Below are positions 58,920 to 64,000 of a stretch of 64,000 nt of DNA, piece after piece. The stretch covers positions 256,001 through 320,000 of the forward strand of contig JAUVXV010000001.1 in assembly GCA_030603365.1 (NCBI GenBank), given 5' to 3'. The notes under the pieces are model-generated. The model saw only the letters and a list, made by a program, of their open reading frames with translations. It made no database searches and was not told where the DNA came from. A program made the translations under genes and the position numbers. Source of the stretch: Candidatus Heimdallarchaeota archaeon. GTDB lineage: Archaea; Asgardarchaeota; Heimdallarchaeia; Heimdallarchaeales; Heimdallarchaeaceae. Position 1 is the first letter of the stretch; every line of letters begins with the position of its first letter.

Positions 58920-60725
58920 TTATTTCCTATATTTTCTTCTAAAGAATTCTAATGCAGTTAAACCTAGGAATGCTATAATTACAAGTCCAGTAATTCCAAC
59001 TTCAGTGCTTGTTAAATCAAAACCTGCAAGTTCCATATAATCTCTGGCGATATCTAAATCGTAGACATATGGTTCAAGAGATTCATCGTAACCTACTACT
59101 GAATCTGGGATTGCAGTTGTTGCTGCAGCACCTAGTCCTTCTAAAATCTGGTCAACTATGATTTGACGTGGGCATGCGTGACTGATAGCTTTTCTTACAT
59201 TTTTAGCGGCTTCAGGAGTACCGAGGGGTGTCAATTCTCCAGTTCCCATTACAGGATGAAGCATATTGATTGACATTTCTTGGTGTGATGGATCTTTAAC
59301 AAGAACTCCTTCTACACCTACTGCGTCAAAGTCAGCGATTGTAGGAAAGTATTGAGCATCCATAATATCTATGCTTCCTGAAATTAGTTCAGCAACTGCT
59401 GTGTCTTTTCCAGAAATATAGGTAAGATAATACTCATCAAGTAATGGAACTTCACCACCAGAAGCCAAACTATCATCCCAATATGGATTTGGAATCATTT
59501 TTACAACACTGCTAATAGAATCAAAGGATTCTATCATAAATGGACCACATGATTTAACTAAAGACCAACCCACATTACCAGTACCTGGTACTTCATTGAA
59601 AATTGAAAATCCATGAGTTGATATTAGAGGTTCAACTTCACTCTTATCAATTATAGAAGCTAGGTTCAGTATGCTGTCCCATAGATTGAATATGCCGTCG
59701 AATTTAAAGAGCACTTGACCACCTACACCAGGAGTTATTATCTCAATAGAATCATTTGTTGGAAACCAATGAGTTAGAGTACCATAATTAGATGATCCAA
59801 CAGCGGGTGTCATATGTAATTCATAAGAATACTTTATATCTTCAGGAAGAACTGAACTTCCATCACTGAATTTCATGTCAGGATCAAGATTAACAGTTAC
59901 ATTGATTTTTTCGTCAACTACCTCTGATACAGTAAAATCAGAAGCAACTTGGGGTTCCCAGATGTGACTATCAACAGCTCTTTGTGCAATAGCACCATAT
60001 ACTGCTTGCATCCATTGACCATCATAAAATGATTCTTGGACATATGTGTTCCATTCTTTAAGATCAGCTGGAATGGCATATTTGATTACATGATCATCTG
60101 GATCATCCCAATTCTCTACACGATGTCCTCCACTAGCAATAAGGAGTGTGTCTATATCTACTATTCCTTCCTTAAATCCAAAAAGTGATCTTGGATAAAC
60201 AATAGGAATACATGGTAAGTCTTCGTACATTATAGCTTGTAACTCATATGCTAAAGCTATTCTGGCAGTTGTATCGAGTTCTGCCATATAGTCTTCCAGT
60301 TTTGCGTCATATACGGGGTTGCTATATTGATAATGATTGTCTCCATTAGGAGTTATAGCATCTGTTTCATACAAACTTTGTAAATTCAAATCTAGAGGCC
60401 AAGACCAGCCAACGAATAACAGATCATATCCGCCAAATTCATATGTTGGAATATAGTCATAATCAATGAATGGATAAGACCAGGTTCGAGGAGCAATATT
60501 GCCCCAGCCAGTTGATTCATGGAATGATATGCCTATACCAATCTGTGGTAAAAGTTGTTCCATTAACAACGACCATTGATTCCTGGCAGAGCTAGTATTT
60601 GGTGAAAGTAAGTATATTTCAAAAACTTCTTCAACCTCAGTTTCCTGAGCAGATGTTTGACCTAATGCAATTGAAAAGGTGAACAACAACATTAGAAACA
60701 AACTAAACATTTTGGTTTTTTTCAT
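58920..60725 (-). CDS. ABC peptide/nickel transporter substrate-binding protein (family 5), C-terminally anchored
   Basis: Signal peptide, FSDG..V..ED..YS, GPF and VRKAISHA motifs. C-terminal TM plus RRKYRK. Confidence 0.85.
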   Translation of the reverse strand: MKKTKMFSLFLMLLFTFSIALGQTSAQETEVEEVFEIYLLSPNTSSARNQWSLLMEQLLPQIGIGISFHESTGWGNIAPRTWSYPFIDYDYIPTYEFGGYDLLFVGWSWPLDLNLQSLYETDAITPNGDNHYQYSNPVYDAKLEDYMAELDTTARIALAYELQAIMYEDLPCIPIVYPRSLFGFKEGIVDIDTLLIASGGHRVENWDDPDDHVIKYAIPADLKEWNTYVQESFYDGQWMQAVYGAIAQRAVDSHIWEPQVASDFTVSEVVDEKINVTVNLDPDMKFSDGSSVLPEDIKYSYELHMTPAVGSSNYGTLTHWFPTNDSIEIITPGVGGQVLFKFDGIFNLWDSILNLASIIDKSEVEPLISTHGFSIFNEVPGTGNVGWSLVKSCGPFMIESFDSISSVVKMIPNPYWDDSLASGGEVPLLDEYYLTYISGKDTAVAELISGSIDIMDAQYFPTIADFDAVGVEGVLVKDPSHQEMSINMLHPVMGTGELTPLGTPEAAKNVRKAISHACPRQIIVDQILEGLGAAATTAIPDSVVGYDESLEPYVYDLDIARDYMELAGFDLTSTEVGITGLVIIAFLGLTALEFFRRKYRK

Positions 60726-61044
60726 ATTATATCACTAGTATTTTCTTTTTGAGTGAGAACAATATTCTCATCTCATAAGAATATGTTCTAATCTACACTT
60801 ATATGTATTTCGCATATTATGAGAACAAGATTTAAAAAACTTTAAACATTAGAATGGATTGCTAAAACTATTATCTGGTATAGTTTAACCCTTTGAGATA
60901 AATGTTCTAATTATTGGATTACTGCGTTTCCAATAATTGAACTGTTTTTTGGTTAAGAAAAGATGAAATTCGAAAATCTTTATTATGTTAGACAGATTTT
61001 GTTTAATTTAAGAGATAAGATTTAATATTAAGAAGGAAGTTTCC

Positions 61045-61902
61045 ATGGAAATACAACTGATAGGAAAACAAGCTTCATTAGACTTTGAAGTTAGTGTTGA
61101 TTCTGCAACAGAGAAGTTTTTCCTCATGGATAGTCTATTAGATGAGCTTAATTTATCTCCTTTACAAAAATGTAAAAACCTGATTTCAATTAATCTCTGT
61201 TCAAATAATTTCTCTGAAATAAATCTTACACCATTGAGTAAGTGCAGGAAACTAAAACATATAGATCTTAGTAATAACAATCTTATCAGAATAAATCTTG
61301 AACCAATGGCAAAATGTAAACATATAGAATCAATTAATCTTCAAAATAATCTTTTAACAGAAGTTGATCTAGCTTCTTTAGAGTCTAATAAGAAACTTAA
61401 ATCAATAAATCTAGATTACAATTTAATACAAAATCTTAACCTCTCTTCTGATATTCAATGGTCTAACATGGAAGAATTACGTCTTTATAGTAATGATCTA
61501 CAAAAAATTGATTTAAAACCTCTTGAAAACTGTAGAAAAATAAGAGAGATAGATTTGGGAGATAATCAACTTTCTAAAATAAATCTTAAACCACTGATGA
61601 ATTATGATAAAATAGAATCAATCTCTTTAGAAAGAAATAAACTAAAAAAAATTGATCTAAGTAAAGTGGAAAACAAGCTTAAGAATTACGTATTATGTAC
61701 TGATCCAGATGTAAAGATAAAGGGTCTTGATGTTAAAACTGAAAAGAAAAAAGCTGAGATAGTTTATTCAAAGGGTGTTTATTATAGCGATGAACAAGAA
61801 AGTAGTCTTGAACAATTTTTCCAAAATGAAAAGGAAGAAAAAAGAATCAAAAGAGATAACATCTTAGCGGAAATAAGAAAAATTGAAAATGGTCCTGTGT
61901 AA
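61045..61902 (+). CDS. Leucine-rich repeat protein
   Basis: About 7-8 repeats of 24 aa, e.g. SEINLTPLSKCRKLKHIDLSNNNL. Confidence 0.9.
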   Translation: MEIQLIGKQASLDFEVSVDSATEKFFLMDSLLDELNLSPLQKCKNLISINLCSNNFSEINLTPLSKCRKLKHIDLSNNNLIRINLEPMAKCKHIESINLQNNLLTEVDLASLESNKKLKSINLDYNLIQNLNLSSDIQWSNMEELRLYSNDLQKIDLKPLENCRKIREIDLGDNQLSKINLKPLMNYDKIESISLERNKLKKIDLSKVENKLKNYVLCTDPDVKIKGLDVKTEKKKAEIVYSKGVYYSDEQESSLEQFFQNEKEEKRIKRDNILAEIRKIENGPV

Positions 61903-61924
61903 CCATACTTTACCTTGAATGACC

Positions 61925-62311
61925 CTAAAAGCTACTTAAAACTTCTGTTGTTTCAGGTACATATTTTTTAATTACTTGCATTGCTAATCCTACATTATGC
62001 AAATCCCTACTTGCACCGATTAGGATGTAATCTCCTGCACTAGCAAGAATTGTGAAACCTTCCTCTCCTCTTATCAAAACTTGTTCAAGATTTCCGTGAG
62101 CAAGATTATTTGTTACCATTCTTCCTGTGGACAAAATTGCTGATGAAACTGCACTTAGAAGGTCAGGATCTGTACCTTTCTCTGAAAAAAATGCTACTTT
62201 AATTCCCTCTTGATTTACAACAGCTAAAGCTTCTAAATCACAACCAAGTGATATTTGTTTCAAAATTCTGACCAATTGTTTTTTTTGTCCTGGTGATAAA
62301 TCTATAGACAT
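61925..62311 (-). CDS. Roadblock/LC7 (MglB-like) protein
   Basis: AVVNQEG..., LSAVSSAIL..G, G.LEQVLIRGEEG and N.GL motifs. Confidence 0.88.
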   Translation of the reverse strand: MSIDLSPGQKKQLVRILKQISLGCDLEALAVVNQEGIKVAFFSEKGTDPDLLSAVSSAILSTGRMVTNNLAHGNLEQVLIRGEEGFTILASAGDYILIGASRDLHNVGLAMQVIKKYVPETTEVLSSF

Positions 62312-62507
62312 TTTCTAACACCTAATTTCTCTACTCAAATATAAGAAATATAACACTATTAAAGTTATTGAAATAAGAAAAGGGATTAACCCTTTTGCTA
62401 GTCTTATCAACTGTATTATGATTTTAATATTCTCGAAGAACTAATTATTCCGATGAAAAATTCGCTTGGAATAAACATTTTTATTTGGTTGTGAATCTCG
62501 CATACTC

Positions 62508-63737
62508 ATGAAACTGTTGTTTGTTGTGATGGACGGTCTTGGAGATAGACCTATAAAGGAACTAGATAATAAGACTCCTTTAGAATATGCGAATACTCCT
62601 AATATGGATAAATTTGCGTCATTAGGTATGAATGGATTACTACATGTAATTGCCCCAGGTGTCACACCAGGAAGTGATACAGCCCATTTAGCTTTGTTTG
62701 GTGTAGATCCATATGAATATTATACAGGTAGAGGTCCTTTTGAAGCTGCAGGAATTGGATTAGAAGTTAAGCAAGGAGATATTGCATTTAGAACAAATTT
62801 TGCTACAATAAACACAGAAGATATAATTACAGACAGAAGAGCTGGACGAATAAGCGAGGGAACAAAAGAACTGGCTGAACTGTTTAAAAATATGGAAATC
62901 GATGGCGTTGAGATATTGTTGGTGGCGGGAACAGAGCATAGAGCTGCTCTTGTTCTTAGAGGTGATGGTTTATCTGATAGAGTTTCTGAAAATGATCCTC
63001 ATGTTGAGGGTCAAAAACCATTGGAATTTAAACCTCTTGAGGATACTCCAGAGGCTCAGAAAACAGCAAGAGTTTTAACTACTTTTGTAATGAAAGCAAA
63101 AACTTTGTTATCAAACGCTGAACTAAATAAAAACAGAGAATCTCAAGGGTTACCACTCGCTAATTATTTGCTTATTCGGGGAGCAGGTAAAGTTCCTCAA
63201 GTGCCAAATTTTGAAGAAGAATACTGTTTAGAATCTGCTTGTGTTGCAGGAGGAGGGCTCTATAAAGGTGTAGGAAGAATGCTGGGAATGCACATTATAG
63301 AAGATTCAAGATTGACTGGCGGTACTACAACCAATTTAACTGCTAAGTTCGATGTAGCGTTGGAAGCTCTTCAGACATATGATTTTGTTTTCACTCATGT
63401 TAAAGGTACAGATAATTTTTCCCATGATGGAAATCCTGTGGGAAAAATGAAATTCATTGAAAAGGTTGACAAAGAACTTTACAGATTCCTACCTGAGAAT
63501 TTCAAAAATGATCTTGTTGTAATGATAACTGGAGATCATAGTAGTCCTTGCAGTTTCAAAGATCACTCAGCAGATCCAGTTCCTGTTGTGATTTATTCAC
63601 CTGATTGCAGAGTAGATAAAGTAGAAAAATTTGGTGAAAGTTATGCAGCAGAAGGTAATCTAGGGCATCTGTTAGGGAAACATTTAATGGGCATTGCTCT
63701 AAATGAGTTAAGATTGGTGCACAAATTTGGGGCCTAA
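62508..63737 (+). CDS. apgM: 2,3-bisphosphoglycerate-independent phosphoglycerate mutase
   Basis: DGLGDRP, PGSD, GRGPFEA, DRRAGRI, D..SHDG and TGDHS motifs. Confidence 0.96.
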   Translation: MKLLFVVMDGLGDRPIKELDNKTPLEYANTPNMDKFASLGMNGLLHVIAPGVTPGSDTAHLALFGVDPYEYYTGRGPFEAAGIGLEVKQGDIAFRTNFATINTEDIITDRRAGRISEGTKELAELFKNMEIDGVEILLVAGTEHRAALVLRGDGLSDRVSENDPHVEGQKPLEFKPLEDTPEAQKTARVLTTFVMKAKTLLSNAELNKNRESQGLPLANYLLIRGAGKVPQVPNFEEEYCLESACVAGGGLYKGVGRMLGMHIIEDSRLTGGTTTNLTAKFDVALEALQTYDFVFTHVKGTDNFSHDGNPVGKMKFIEKVDKELYRFLPENFKNDLVVMITGDHSSPCSFKDHSADPVPVVIYSPDCRVDKVEKFGESYAAEGNLGHLLGKHLMGIALNELRLVHKFGA

Positions 63738-64000
63738 TACTGAAGAAAAAACAGCTTTGTTTCAAAAGTCATTACCTTTTCTTCAGTTATTTATAGCTGT
63801 AATTTCTGTTTCTTTTTCTGCAATAATTGTTGTGTTTCTGTTAGGGAAAGGTGTTCCTCCAGAAGTAACAGCAATGTATCGAACTTTTTTTGCAGGAATA
63901 GGTGCTTTGATATTTTCCCTATATAAGAAAAAAATCAAATGGATGGGTGAAAAAAGTACTATCAGTAGATATCATTGGATTTTGTTTTCAGGATTTCTTC
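63727..64000 (+). CDS. DMT/EamA family transporter, truncated by window end
   Basis: Manual translation ...LFIAVISVSFSAIIV...PPEVTAMYRTFFAG...ILFSGFL. TTG start is tentative. Confidence 0.7.
   Translation, partial: MGPNTEEKTALFQKSLPFLQLFIAVISVSFSAIIVVFLLGKGVPPEVTAMYRTFFAGIGALIFSLYKKKIKWMGEKSTISRYHWILFSGFL

Noticed and set aside
60966-60993. dif-like site (TTATGTTAGA arm)
   Set aside because: Only one arm resembles the consensus; the other lacks the CATAA/ATAA end.
61130-61670. 72-bp periodicity resembling a DNA repeat or CRISPR array
   Set aside because: Degenerate coding LRR repeats; no identical direct repeats with spacers and no cas genes.
529-63765. Numerous 60-180 aa ORFs antisense to or nested within long genes (e.g. 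10920-11459, 14361-14912, 58828-59040)
   Set aside because: Shadow ORFs of well-supported genes, with Ser/Ile/Phe-rich antisense composition and no motifs.
1-64000. tRNA/rRNA genes, transposases, integrases, defence systems
   Set aside because: No GC-rich cloverleaf with TTCGA/D-loop consensus, no terminal repeats, and no mobile-element or defence protein motifs were recognised by eye.

Overview
AT-rich archaeal chromosomal window, almost certainly from an Asgard archaeon (probably Heimdallarchaeia-like). Evidence: a true eukaryote-like actin, a Roadblock/LC7 protein, a 7TM-longin fusion, a 24-aa LRR protein, and archaeal information genes with GGTGA Shine-Dalgarno motifs. It is mostly housekeeping. 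From the left it carries a GGR-rpoN-rps2-mvk-ipk cluster, an rpl7ae-rps28e-rpl24e-ndk-infB cluster, tiaS, and an hsp20-cdc48-heat-shock-regulator operon. An accessory stretch follows (tag, ogt, SprT-like zincin, aminotransferase-SCP2 fusion, esterases, MFS, TldD), then thrS, leuS, Mrp, TldE, tmk, an ECF module, and the actin/prefoldin/V-ATPase locus. The most striking object is a 1065-aa A/V-ATPase subunit I (a) whose whole cytoplasmic N-terminal domain is tandemly duplicated. It is encoded with subunit C(d) only, directly upstream of actin and prefoldin. It is a candidate intermediate towards the three-stalk eukaryotic V-ATPase (origin of Vma5/subunit C). I also report several structured intergenic RNA candidates, two small ORFs missed by the ORF track, a heat-shock operator and a decayed FAH pseudogene. 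No tRNA, rRNA, CRISPR array or mobile element was recognised. All family calls come from motif recognition by eye, not database searches.
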